Assembly: GCA_030650795.1 (NCBI GenBank)
Contig: JAUSDJ010000031.1
Location: 153,123 to 217,122, forward strand
DNA length: 64,000 nucleotides
Direction: 5' to 3'
Origin: Actinomycetota bacterium
Lineage (GTDB): Bacteria; Actinomycetota; Actinomycetes; S36-B12
The position numbers and the translations under genes are program-made. This document shows, one piece after another, positions 34,907-44,512 of the stretch. The notes below the pieces were generated by a model. It did not search any database. It saw only the letters and a list, made by a program, of their open reading frames with translations, and was not told the DNA's origin. Every line of letters begins with the position of its first letter. The first letter of the stretch is position 1.

Positions 34907-36015
34907 TTGTCACGACCGAGGAGTTGAAAGGTCTCCGAGGGAAGGTCGCCATGGTCGATGGCTCCTTCGATCCCTTCCACGATGGGCATGTTGCCTACTT
35001 TCGTTCAGCCGCCGAACTGGGTTTCCCAGTGTTCGTCAACATCGCATCCGAGGCCTGGACATCGAGTAAGCACCTCACGCTGCTCCCACTCGATCGGCGC
35101 ATTCGCGTCATCGATGCGATTGAAGGCGTCGACTACGTCCACTCAGCCCCGATGACCACGGCTGAGGTCCTCAGGGAGCTTCAGCCAGCCATTTATGTGA
35201 AGGGTGCCGACTGGCGTGAACGCGGCCTCCCAGAGGATGAGCAGCAGCTGTGCAAGGAACTCGGCATCGAGATTGCCTATACCGAAACCGCGCTCAACTC
35301 GTCCAGCGCACTCCTGCGTTCGGCCCTGTTCGGGCAGTTCGCCTACGACGAGCTCGACAGGTTCGAGGAATTCATGCGCGATCAGAAGTCCCCGGCCGAT
35401 TCCGACTTCGACAACGACTACTTCCTCGCCGAATGGCGAAAGGGAGACAACTCCTACAACCTCGAACAACGCAGAGCGATCGAGGGCAAGCACCCCGCGG
35501 TGCTCATAGAGGCCTTCCAGCCCAAGAACGTCCTTGACGCCGGCTGCGGTCCTGGCGCTTTGATGACGCTTCTCGACGAACTGGGCGTCGAAGCTCATGG
35601 CGTGGATGTCAGCCCCAACATCCACGAGTTCGCCGAGGCTGCTGTCAAGGATAGAATCATCGTCGCCAGCATCGACGACATGCCCTATGAGGACAACACC
35701 TTTGATCTGGTCGTCTCCCGCGAGGTGCTTGAGCACATACCGGTGCGCGACTACCTCAAGGTGGTCCAGGAACTGTGCCGTGTCTCCGGGAAATACGTGT
35801 ACGTCACCACGCGATTCCACCCGAGTCCCGCATCACTCTTTGATGTGACGACGGAGTTCGAGGCCGATCCCACGCACATCTCCTTGACGGCACAGCCGTT
35901 CCTGCGGATGCTGTTCGTCCTCGCCGGCATGCGACGCCGCAAAGACCTCGAATCACAGATGGACTGGATGGACAAACGCCGAGTCCTCGTCTACGAGAAG
36001 CCACGCGATGAGTGA
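34903..36015 (+). CDS. fusion of cytidylyltransferase-like (HxGH) domain and class I SAM methyltransferase domain
   Basis: ATGA overlap with the upstream gene. N-terminus VAMVDGSFDPFHDGHVAYF (TagD/RfaE-domain-II-like). C-terminus VLDAGCGPGALMTLL ... FDLVVSREVLEHIP. Confidence 0.75.
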   Translation: MIVTTEELKGLRGKVAMVDGSFDPFHDGHVAYFRSAAELGFPVFVNIASEAWTSSKHLTLLPLDRRIRVIDAIEGVDYVHSAPMTTAEVLRELQPAIYVKGADWRERGLPEDEQQLCKELGIEIAYTETALNSSSALLRSALFGQFAYDELDRFEEFMRDQKSPADSDFDNDYFLAEWRKGDNSYNLEQRRAIEGKHPAVLIEAFQPKNVLDAGCGPGALMTLLDELGVEAHGVDVSPNIHEFAEAAVKDRIIVASIDDMPYEDNTFDLVVSREVLEHIPVRDYLKVVQELCRVSGKYVYVTTRFHPSPASLFDVTTEFEADPTHISLTAQPFLRMLFVLAGMRRRKDLESQMDWMDKRRVLVYEKPRDE

Positions 36016-36964
36016 ACTCGACACGGTCGTCGGCCCGACCTACGACTGCGTGATGACCTACCACAGCAACCCCTACACCTGCGGCATCGCCCGCTTCAAC
36101 CATCGCCTGGCCGAGACACTCGGCGTCCCGCTCGTCGACTTCAACGAGATCGGAGCTGGCCAAGTCCACGCACCTCTCGTTTCGGTGAATGCGTCAGAGG
36201 TCGGTACTGACATGGAAGGGCTCGGCGACCAACTCAATGGGGCCTTCGACCGCTACGGCCTGTTCCTGCATGACTACTGGGGTACCGAGGCGGAGATCGA
36301 CCTCATTGCCAAAGCACACGGAGTATTCGCCGCCCACAACCGCATCGGCGAAGAAATGCGGGCACACCGATCAGACGTCGTCGATGCGTTCTGCCCGGGC
36401 GCCGAACCACACCAGGAGTTCGCAGAGCCGGACCTGCGACTGCTCACCTTCGGCATGGCGCACAAGATCCGCGCCGAGCGCTACGCGCGGCTTGGTGACC
36501 TCCTCGCACGAGACGAACGAAGCTACCGGCTGGACATCTCAACTGCACTTCACGAGGGAACACGGTTCGACGAGGCCCTCTTCGAGATCTCTGACGGCAT
36601 CCGCCACGTGTTCAAGGGCCAGGTTCGCTTCCTTGGATTCTTGTCGGATGATCTTGTCTCTGAGCACGTCCGCAGGGCCGACCTACTCGTGGCGTTCTTC
36701 CCGCGCGGCGCGCGGGAGAACAACACATCCGTCCTGTCCGCGATGGCGCATGGCACGCCGGTCATCACGAACCTCGACGAGTTCTCCCCGTCGTTCATGC
36801 GCCACGGCGAGAGCGTCCTGGACATCACTCAGGTTGAGGCGATCCCGTCACGGGAGGAGCTCCGCGAAATCGGGGCTCGAGCACGGATCGCGTCCGCGCA
36901 GCACGGCTTCAAGCAACTGGGCGACCTCATCTCGGAGCGGAGCTCCGGCGGGTTCAGGGAATAG
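36008..36964 (+). CDS. GT-B glycosyltransferase (GT4-like)
   Basis: N-terminal NPYTCGIARFN motif (CGIA motif of some GT4 enzymes). C-terminus FLGFLSDDLVSEHVRRADLLVAFF ... SVLSAMAHGTPVITN. Start may be the internal Met at 36053. Confidence 0.5.
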   Translation: MSELDTVVGPTYDCVMTYHSNPYTCGIARFNHRLAETLGVPLVDFNEIGAGQVHAPLVSVNASEVGTDMEGLGDQLNGAFDRYGLFLHDYWGTEAEIDLIAKAHGVFAAHNRIGEEMRAHRSDVVDAFCPGAEPHQEFAEPDLRLLTFGMAHKIRAERYARLGDLLARDERSYRLDISTALHEGTRFDEALFEISDGIRHVFKGQVRFLGFLSDDLVSEHVRRADLLVAFFPRGARENNTSVLSAMAHGTPVITNLDEFSPSFMRHGESVLDITQVEAIPSREELREIGARARIASAQHGFKQLGDLISERSSGGFRE

Positions 36965-36969
36965 CGTCG

Positions 36970-39627
36970 ATGCGGATTCTCTTCGCCATGCTGCATCCCG
37001 GCTACCTACGCAACTACGAGTCAACGATTATTGAACTGTCTCAACGGGGACACCACATCACCGTCGACTTCGCCCAGCGGGAGAAGCAGCGCATCGCGTC
37101 ACCCTTGCAGCGTCTCAAGGAGGAGGTGCCTGGCATCGACATGCGCGATGTCGGGATCCTGTCGCGGGGCAAGGATCAATGGGCTCCGGTCGCCGATGCG
37201 CTGCGCATGGCCGTTGACGTCAACCGGTATGCAGATCCGCGATACTCACGGGCCGTCCTGCTTCGCGATCGAATGGTCGACAAATTCCAACGCCTCCCTC
37301 TTCCGGCATCTGAGGCAATCACGCAACGAATCCTTCACATGCAAAGTGATCGGGCACGGGCTCATTTTCAGCGAGCCGCCATCCGCATGGACATGGCCTT
37401 GCCCTTGAAGGAGCACCTGATAGACACCCTTGAACTCATGCAGCCCGACGTGATCGTCGTTACCCCAATCGTCAACGCAGGCTCCCGCCAGGTCGATGTT
37501 GTTCGTCACGCCCAAGCGCTCGGCATTCCCGTAGCCGTCGCAGTGGCCAGTTGGGACAACCTCTCAAACAAAGGCCTTCTGCGGTGCAACCCTGACCGGG
37601 TGTTCGTATGGAACGAGGCTCAGCGGACAGAAGCTGTGGAGATGCACGGGATCGATCCAAACACGATAGGGGTTACGGGTGCCCAACTGTTCGATCATTG
37701 GTTCACATGGAAGCCGACGCGGTCCAGAGACTCCTTTGTCCATGGATCGGGCCTTGACCCGAGCAAGCCGTACTTCCTTTGGTTGGCCTCGTCACCGTTC
37801 ATCGGTGGTGACCGTGAGGTCGAGTATGTGATGCGTTGGGTAAGCCGCCTGCGGACGCAGCCTGGCGCGATCGCGGACGTGGGCGTGATGATCCGCCCGC
37901 ATCCCCAGTCGACAGCGCCCTGGACGGGAGTGGACCCCTCAACGCTAGGTAATACCGTCATCTTCCCGCGGTTGGGAGCAAATCCGATCGACAGCGATAG
38001 CCGTCAGGACTTCTTCGAGTCGATCTACTACTCGGCCGGAGTAGTAGGGATCAACTCGAGTGCGATGATCGAGTCCGCGATCGTCGGCAAAGCTGTCTTC
38101 ACAGTCACAGCCCCAGAATTCGCCGAAGTACAGGGCGGAACAATCCATTTCTCCCACCTTGAGGATGCTCTTCTTACTCGAGCCGACTCTGACGATGACC
38201 TGTTCCGGCTCCTCAGCGATTCAATGGAGCACCCCGAGGCGATGGCCGACAAGAATCGGCTCTTCCTCGAGTCCTTCATCCGCCCGCACGGCCTGGATGT
38301 ATCGGCTACAGAGCGGCTAGCCTCCGAGATTGAGGACCTTGGGCGTCGGCCAAGGAAAACGCCCTACTACGGGCGTCGCGGGGACTCCATGCGCCGCGTC
38401 GTGCTGCACGGTGTGCGCCTCGCCATCGCCGCCAAGGCGCGCCAGCAGCAAGCGCCCTTCGCCGGCCTTCCCTCGGCTCGGCCGATTCTCCACGTAAGTG
38501 GTCGGTCATCGATTTCAGAGAGCGGGGCCCGCGTGTCCAAAAAGAACCCATCGTGGCAGGAACGCGCTGTCGACACCACACCTCATGCTGTGACTGCTGA
38601 CGATGTGTTCGAGTCGGAAGGGCTCGCGGAGGGCGAAGAAGATCTCTCCTTGGTCCGCATGGTCATCGATCCGTCGAAACTCGATCAGGAGATTGCCAAC
38701 CAGCTGAAACGGATCGCCAAGAGCGACTCACCGATCATTGTCGGACCCTGGACATCCGAACTCGGCTTCGAATTGCTGTACTGGGTGCCGTTCTTGCGCT
38801 GGGCGCTGGGCAACTATGGAATCGATCCGGGGCGCGTGGTCTCAGTGACTCGGGGGGGCGCCGGCCCAGTCTTCTACGCCGGAATCGCCTCCAAACACGT
38901 CGAGATATTCGACCTCATGGGACACGAGCAATTCAGAGACGAACTCACCAAGCGCTGGGCAACCCGGGGCGGGCAGAAACAATCCGAATGGAGCCCGCTG
39001 GACACAGAGCTGATCGCCCGAGTCGAGCAGCATTTAGGGATCGGATCATTCGACATCATCCATCCATCATCGATGTACAGGCTCTTCGCGTACTTCTGGC
39101 GGGATCGAATGCCGCTCCAAATGCTTCGGGAGCGACTGGTCTTCGCCCCCTTCGCAGTACCCGAGCTTCCCGAAGAACTGGCGTCTCGACTGCCGGAAGA
39201 GTTCGATGCCGTCCGCTTCTATTTCCGGCCGTCGTTTCCCGACACGCCAGCCAATCGCGAGTTGATCCAGCGGCTGGTCAGCCGGCGACGCAATGAGCGT
39301 CCAGTTGTCTTGCTGTCGACCGGAATCAGGTTCGATGACCACGAGGAGCACACCTTCGGCCAGGATCAGAACGTCATCCACATTAACGACGCGATGACAC
39401 CCGAGAACAATCTGGCTGTCCAAGCCGCCGTCATCGCGCGCGCTTCTAGCGTGTTCACCACCTACGGTGGACTCGCCTACCTGCCCCCGTACTACCGCGT
39501 GCCGGTCTATTCGTTCCACTCTGAAGCAGAGCATCTGCTAGACAACCATCAGACGGTGGCGAACCTACAAAGCCGTCTACTGAGAACACGCAGCTATACG
39601 CTCTCGGCTGACGCGCAGTTGTGGTGA
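36970..39627 (+). CDS. giant dual-module putative glycan polymerase B (paralog of 31994-34906)
   Basis: 885 aa. MRILFAMLHPGYLRNYES, VAVASWDNLSNKG, VMIRPHPQST, VVGINSSAMIESAIVGK. C-module GPWTSELGFELLYWVPFL, TTYGGLAYLPPYYRVPV. Confidence 0.65.
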   Translation: MRILFAMLHPGYLRNYESTIIELSQRGHHITVDFAQREKQRIASPLQRLKEEVPGIDMRDVGILSRGKDQWAPVADALRMAVDVNRYADPRYSRAVLLRDRMVDKFQRLPLPASEAITQRILHMQSDRARAHFQRAAIRMDMALPLKEHLIDTLELMQPDVIVVTPIVNAGSRQVDVVRHAQALGIPVAVAVASWDNLSNKGLLRCNPDRVFVWNEAQRTEAVEMHGIDPNTIGVTGAQLFDHWFTWKPTRSRDSFVHGSGLDPSKPYFLWLASSPFIGGDREVEYVMRWVSRLRTQPGAIADVGVMIRPHPQSTAPWTGVDPSTLGNTVIFPRLGANPIDSDSRQDFFESIYYSAGVVGINSSAMIESAIVGKAVFTVTAPEFAEVQGGTIHFSHLEDALLTRADSDDDLFRLLSDSMEHPEAMADKNRLFLESFIRPHGLDVSATERLASEIEDLGRRPRKTPYYGRRGDSMRRVVLHGVRLAIAAKARQQQAPFAGLPSARPILHVSGRSSISESGARVSKKNPSWQERAVDTTPHAVTADDVFESEGLAEGEEDLSLVRMVIDPSKLDQEIANQLKRIAKSDSPIIVGPWTSELGFELLYWVPFLRWALGNYGIDPGRVVSVTRGGAGPVFYAGIASKHVEIFDLMGHEQFRDELTKRWATRGGQKQSEWSPLDTELIARVEQHLGIGSFDIIHPSSMYRLFAYFWRDRMPLQMLRERLVFAPFAVPELPEELASRLPEEFDAVRFYFRPSFPDTPANRELIQRLVSRRRNERPVVLLSTGIRFDDHEEHTFGQDQNVIHINDAMTPENNLAVQAAVIARASSVFTTYGGLAYLPPYYRVPVYSFHSEAEHLLDNHQTVANLQSRLLRTRSYTLSADAQLW

Positions 39628-39697
39628 TGCGAATGACGTCGACCCAACGACAGGTCACCGAGAATCCTCTGCCCAGACCCTTCGGACACCGAACAAG

Positions 39698-40816
39698 ATG
39701 AGCGAATTGCACGCGTTAGCGGAAGCGAAGACATCTCGCGCGGTCCCGCTATCAAGTGCGGCCACACCTCTGTGGCCTCGAGTCGGGCGGAAGGCGACCA
39801 CGTGGTTCGCCACCCGCCTGTATGCGCACGAGTGTGGCGTCGAGTCTCCCGGAGCGACGCCGCCAGAGGAACTGCCTCTTTGCTACGCGCCCGTGCAGAC
39901 CAGCAAGGGACGTCCACGCGCTCCGCGGATACCCCCGGAGTTGGCCGGATACCCGATCCAGGCACACTCCGGGCCGTATGCGTTCGAGCGTTCGCCGCAT
40001 CGCCTCGCCGAGACCACGGTGTTGCTCGCGCTGATCGTCCTACGGCGATCGTTGGGGCACACACGGCATCCATGGATCTGGGTGGCCGTCCGCCAGTTGA
40101 TGATCGTCGCACCCCTCGTCGCGGTCGCCGGGGCATCTGGCAACGCGGTGCTGGTCGCACAGGTGATTGTGGTTGCGAGCCTGGCCCGGATCGCGGCGCG
40201 CGCGTATCGTTTCCGACACTGGGCAGCGAGCTATCACAGGCGTGCGTGTCCTGCACCTGAACAGTTCGGCACACTCAGGGTGGTAGATCTCGCCGGGGCA
40301 AACGGCGCAGTTATAGAAGTCACACCGGTCTTGATCCTGGGCGCTGTCGTCTGGGTCATCGTCAGCCCGCGACTGGCATTGCTGCCAGTGTTCGTGTTCA
40401 CAGTCCTTATGGGCGTCCTGGTGACCTACGTCGTTTCTATCTGCCTGTTGCCTGTCCTAGCACGAATCGAGGCCGCCGATCATCCAGATGTGCGACCAGT
40501 ATTCATGCTGTCCATGACGTTCGTATTCGCCCTCGGGATGCTTGTCTTCTCGCCATCCAGCGTTCTGAGTGTGCCCGCACCGCTCCTCGAAGCCCTCCAG
40601 TGCCTGCCTTGGCTCCCGTGGATCTTCCTTCCCCTAAACGTCGGGACGCACACCGCGCCGGTCTGGACTCTCGGGGTGAGCGCGCTCCTTACCGTCGCCA
40701 GCTGCCTGGTCCTGTGGCATTTCGGTGCCATCGGGTCGCTCGACGAAGAAGACGACACTGACGACGAAGACACGCAGGATGACGAAGACGAAGGATCCCG
40801 GGGACGTAGACGATGA
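39698..40816 (+). CDS. polytopic membrane protein with poly-acidic C-terminal tail
   Basis: At least 6 hydrophobic helices from about aa 110. The tail is LDEEDDTDDEDTQDDEDEGSRGRRR. GC-rich third codon positions support this frame over the antisense ORF 39594-40274. Start is uncertain. Confidence 0.5.
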   Translation: MSELHALAEAKTSRAVPLSSAATPLWPRVGRKATTWFATRLYAHECGVESPGATPPEELPLCYAPVQTSKGRPRAPRIPPELAGYPIQAHSGPYAFERSPHRLAETTVLLALIVLRRSLGHTRHPWIWVAVRQLMIVAPLVAVAGASGNAVLVAQVIVVASLARIAARAYRFRHWAASYHRRACPAPEQFGTLRVVDLAGANGAVIEVTPVLILGAVVWVIVSPRLALLPVFVFTVLMGVLVTYVVSICLLPVLARIEAADHPDVRPVFMLSMTFVFALGMLVFSPSSVLSVPAPLLEALQCLPWLPWIFLPLNVGTHTAPVWTLGVSALLTVASCLVLWHFGAIGSLDEEDDTDDEDTQDDEDEGSRGRRR

Positions 40817-41466
40817 CAGCGGGCAACGTTCGGCCAGAGGGCACACGGCCGATCCTTCTTCTGGACCTAGACGAAGTGCTGTTCCCCTTCGCCGACGCGT
40901 ACGATCGATGGCTGGCATGCAGGCGGGGATACGGCCTCGACCCGGTGCTGAAGCGCGCGTACGACGTCGGCGCGGCAGCTGGATCAGGACACCGCGAGCT
41001 CGCCGTTCAGTTTGTGAACGACCCGGCCGTGATCGCCACGGTGCCGCCTCGAAGCAACGCACGCTCTGCGCTGCGCGTGTTGGAACAGACCTACACCCTG
41101 ATGGCCTGCACGAGTCGAAGGGAGGCTCTCGAAGGCGAGGCGACGCGAGCGTGGCTACGCCGCTATTTTCCGGAGGTCAACGAAGCACTGTTCACCTCCC
41201 AGGATCACTCGTCGCCGGTAAGGACGAAGGCGGCATTGGCCGAGGAGGTCGGCGCCGCCGCGCTAGTAGACGACACCATGCAGCACCTCGCGGATCTGCC
41301 TCCGACATGTGTCGGTCTGCTGCTCAAACGGCCGCCCGGCATGCAAAGTGAACCTGGTTCTCGCCACTGGGCAACAACAGTTAGAGTGCTGCTCGAACCG
41401 GGCCACAGGCCAGAACCAGCCTCCGGGGAGGCACGGGTATTGGCCGAGGAGGGAAGGAACCGATGA
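40813..41466 (+). CDS. HAD-superfamily hydrolase (phosphatase-like)
   Basis: ILLLDLDEVLFPF is HAD motif I (DxDx[TV]). ATGA overlap with the upstream gene. Confidence 0.55.
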   Translation: MTAGNVRPEGTRPILLLDLDEVLFPFADAYDRWLACRRGYGLDPVLKRAYDVGAAAGSGHRELAVQFVNDPAVIATVPPRSNARSALRVLEQTYTLMACTSRREALEGEATRAWLRRYFPEVNEALFTSQDHSSPVRTKAALAEEVGAAALVDDTMQHLADLPPTCVGLLLKRPPGMQSEPGSRHWATTVRVLLEPGHRPEPASGEARVLAEEGRNR

Positions 41467-42371
41467 ACGACCTGGACGACCTCAAGCGTGAAAAGCGTCG
41501 GCTCAAGAAGACACCAGCATGTGACTCCTGCGGGCGGCGAGACATGCCCGCCGAGCTTCTAAACCGCAAGGGCACGTGGGATTCAATGGTGGCCATCGGG
41601 CAGAAGTTTGCCGTCACGTCTAGCGATGTTCCACTCATCGTTCGCATCGGTGATCGCGGCACAGGCCGAACAGAATTCGTCAAGGGCGGCGCGGGCAGCG
41701 AGAAACTTGCATTCGCCGCAGGTGTCGCAGGACTGGATCTACCGATTCGGACCCTCATCGATGTCGGGGCCGGCATTGGCAGCGTCAGCATCCACGCGCT
41801 GCGCCAAGGCGTCGCCGAGAGCGCTTTCGCGATCGAGCCCGACGATGACGCGCTCAGGCTCCTGCGGGCGAACATCGCGCTCAACGGCGTCGAGGACCGC
41901 ATGCGCGTCAGCCCCCAAGCCCTCGGAGGGATCAACGATGAATTCGGATTCCTCGTCAGGGGGAAGGACTCCTCCGCCTCCCGGATCTTTCCTTCCTTCT
42001 CCACCTACGCCAGCCGACCGGAAGCAGTAAGGGTGGCCTTGAACTCGCTCGATGAAGTGGTGCCGGATCTTGACCCCGCGCGCGACCTCGTTTGGATCGA
42101 TACGGGCGGCTCCGAAGGGGCCGTACTGCAGGGAGCACTCAAGTGTATTGCGCTCGGAGTGCCAGTGGTCCTGCAATTCACCCCCCGGGCTATCCACCAG
42201 TACGGCAACTACTCTGCTGTCGCTGACGCCGTAGCCGCCTACGGGGCCTGGTTCGATGTCGACGCGGCGGACACCACTCCACATTCGCTCTCGTACCTGA
42301 GCGACCATTATCAGAGTTCCGCCGTCGCCCCCACCGGCGTGACCCGCACCATTCTGCTGGCGAAGCCCTGA
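41463..42371 (+). CDS. FkbM family methyltransferase
   Basis: LIDVGAGIGSVSIHALRQG ... AIEPDDDALRLLRANIALNGVEDRM ... WIDTGGSEGAVLQGA, the typical FkbM layout. ATGA overlap upstream. Confidence 0.7.
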   Translation: MNDLDDLKREKRRLKKTPACDSCGRRDMPAELLNRKGTWDSMVAIGQKFAVTSSDVPLIVRIGDRGTGRTEFVKGGAGSEKLAFAAGVAGLDLPIRTLIDVGAGIGSVSIHALRQGVAESAFAIEPDDDALRLLRANIALNGVEDRMRVSPQALGGINDEFGFLVRGKDSSASRIFPSFSTYASRPEAVRVALNSLDEVVPDLDPARDLVWIDTGGSEGAVLQGALKCIALGVPVVLQFTPRAIHQYGNYSAVADAVAAYGAWFDVDAADTTPHSLSYLSDHYQSSAVAPTGVTRTILLAKP

Positions 42372-42782
42372 GTCGCAGTCCAGAAGCTCGGCGGAGAATA
42401 GAGACGACCGCGCTCGGGCAGCAAGCGTGCCACTGTGAATGAAGAGCTTCCGAAACACCATCGCCCGTCGCTCCTCGACGGTGGTCAGTCTCCGCACGGT
42501 GCGTTGGCCGATACCAGCTCCTGACCATCGATAACTCAACCTACGTTGCCTACCACGACGCGCCCGGTGATCGGCGCAGACCTTCGGCTTGGATAGCGAG
42601 GCGATCAAGTTCCGCACGATCGTCGGCGTCGATCACACGACCAACGTGTCATCGGGCGCTCGCAGTCCCGCGTTCCTGGCAGCGGCTGGTCTCCGTCGTG
42701 TGGAGAGTTCGCGCACGATGACGACGATCTCGTCAGAAGACGTCAAGTCCTACACCGGTTTCGGGCTACCCCGTCTCCGAAC

Positions 42783-44360
42783 TCAAAGTCCGTACTGTCC
42801 TTCCAGCAGATCGTTGCTGTCCCGAACAAAGGCGTCGATCGCAAGCGCCGGACTCGCCGACTGAGGGCTGGCGCCGATCCTTCGCACTGGTCCGGCGACA
42901 AGTTCCGTCGCGAGTTCCGCAATGGCTGCGACCGTACGCTCGCGGGCATCGGGTGGGCCTGCCGGATTTCCCAGGAAGTCCCGAACAAATGCCGCCGAGG
43001 AAGGATCCTCTGTTCGGCTTTCAATGAGGCTGGATACTCGATGCGGCAATTCGGCAATTGAGGCCGTACCCATCCCCGAGTCCAGCAGGTACTGGAAGTG
43101 GGGAGCGTTGCGCTGCCAGACATCGAACTTCCCATCCACAAGGATTATTGTCGACTTGCCCGAGAGCGCAGCCTCAAGTATGGCGCTGGAGTTCACTCCG
43201 ATCACCACATCGGCGGCCATGATGGCGTCCGCCAGGTTCTCGATCTGACCGCGGACGTCGACCGTGACGTCGGGTGCGAGATCCTGGAAACCCTTCGCCA
43301 CCTCCGGAGTCATTGGGGGGTGCTTCGGATGCTTACGCATCACTACCCGAAGACGCACACCCCCATGCTGGGCCGCACCGATGAGCTCCTGGCAGGCCGC
43401 GAGGAGCACCTCCGGCTCGCCTTGGCCCATGCTGCCTGAAGATCCGAGAATCAACACTGTGGCGTCGTACGGGTCAGCGGGCCTCGCATCCCGGACAGCG
43501 TCCAAGTACCGACGATGTGCCTCGCTGAACCGGTAGGCGCCGCCGATTCTGTATGGCACGTCTAGACCGTGCAGTCTGGCCGCTTCCTCAGCCAAGGTGG
43601 CATTCCAATACACCGCACCGTCCGGGGAGACGCTGGTCGTTCCCTTGGTTGTGCCGTTGTCCCAACTGTAAGGAATCATGACCACGGGTGTGCCCCGCCT
43701 TCGGGCCGCTAGTGCAACCCGAACATCCATAACATGGGTCTCTGTCGGGAAGTACAGCTTGGACACCACCACGCAGTCGGCACCGCTGAATTCGAGAACG
43801 TGCTCCAACCCTGGATCCTGCGGAGCGTGCCATTCGGCCAAGCGCCGCAATTGCCGCACTCCCGCTACGTGATCACGGGATGCCTTGTCCCCCAACAAGC
43901 GATTGAGCCTCTCAAACAAGGCGTCCAAGTTCTGCAGGTCAATCTCGGCACTTGACGCCAGAGTCGGGCGAAGCCTCAGCCGAAGCGCCTTCGACAGGCG
44001 CCGCCGGAAGGTCTCGCGGTATGCCCGAGACATGGCGAGGCTGGGATGGACCTTGAACAGGGAGGACGCCGTGAGATGGGTGAGGTAGGAATAGGCGTTG
44101 ATCAGGCCTTCATCGGCGCGAGAAGACTCGTCAAGCGCGTACGAGCCATCGTGTTCGCCGGAGTAAAATTCCCTTCCCGCCGAAACCGCCGCGATTCTTG
44201 CCGCGCTGAGTGTGAGCGGGCTCCCCTCCGGAAGGACCATGCGTATGTGCTCCACGTTCCGGCCATCAACGCTGCTGACGCCATGGAGCCAGCGAAGGTA
44301 GTTCACAGACTTCGACGCACCCGCCGAGTTGGCCCAAAGGATCCTCATGGGCTGTCCCAC
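42783..44360 (-). CDS. stand-alone KpsC/KpsS-like HP-motif module (paralog of the N-modules of the giant proteins)
   Basis: VVMIPYSWDNGTTKG, VVMRKHPKHP, VVIGVNSSAILEAALSGKS and APHFQYLLDSG align with the N-modules of 31994 and 36970. An alternative ATG lies at 44348. Confidence 0.6.
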   Translation of the reverse strand: MGQPMRILWANSAGASKSVNYLRWLHGVSSVDGRNVEHIRMVLPEGSPLTLSAARIAAVSAGREFYSGEHDGSYALDESSRADEGLINAYSYLTHLTASSLFKVHPSLAMSRAYRETFRRRLSKALRLRLRPTLASSAEIDLQNLDALFERLNRLLGDKASRDHVAGVRQLRRLAEWHAPQDPGLEHVLEFSGADCVVVSKLYFPTETHVMDVRVALAARRRGTPVVMIPYSWDNGTTKGTTSVSPDGAVYWNATLAEEAARLHGLDVPYRIGGAYRFSEAHRRYLDAVRDARPADPYDATVLILGSSGSMGQGEPEVLLAACQELIGAAQHGGVRLRVVMRKHPKHPPMTPEVAKGFQDLAPDVTVDVRGQIENLADAIMAADVVIGVNSSAILEAALSGKSTIILVDGKFDVWQRNAPHFQYLLDSGMGTASIAELPHRVSSLIESRTEDPSSAAFVRDFLGNPAGPPDARERTVAAIAELATELVAGPVRRIGASPQSASPALAIDAFVRDSNDLLEGQYGL

Positions 44361-44512
44361 GCCCCCTCCCCTTCAGCAGACGAACACGACTTGATATGTC
44401 CGACTCGAGCTCGACTGCGGCAGCATAACGTCGTCCAAACTCCACCCCGCTGATCGCACCGAATATGATTCCTCGGGCGGATGACACGAAGTCGTAGCGA
44501 AACGGAGGGCAC

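Noticed and set aside
35143-35820. 225-aa minus-strand ORF.
   Set aside because: Antisense to the cytidylyltransferase-methyltransferase fusion gene, which has clear motifs in the plus frame.
39594-40274. 226-aa minus-strand ORF.
   Set aside because: Arg/Pro/Ser-rich low-complexity translation, antisense to a plus-strand ORF that has clear TM helices and GC-rich third positions. This is a typical high-GC shadow ORF.
41739-42617. 292-aa minus-strand ORF.
   Set aside because: Antisense to the FkbM methyltransferase gene. Composition is biased (Gly/Arg) and no motifs are present.
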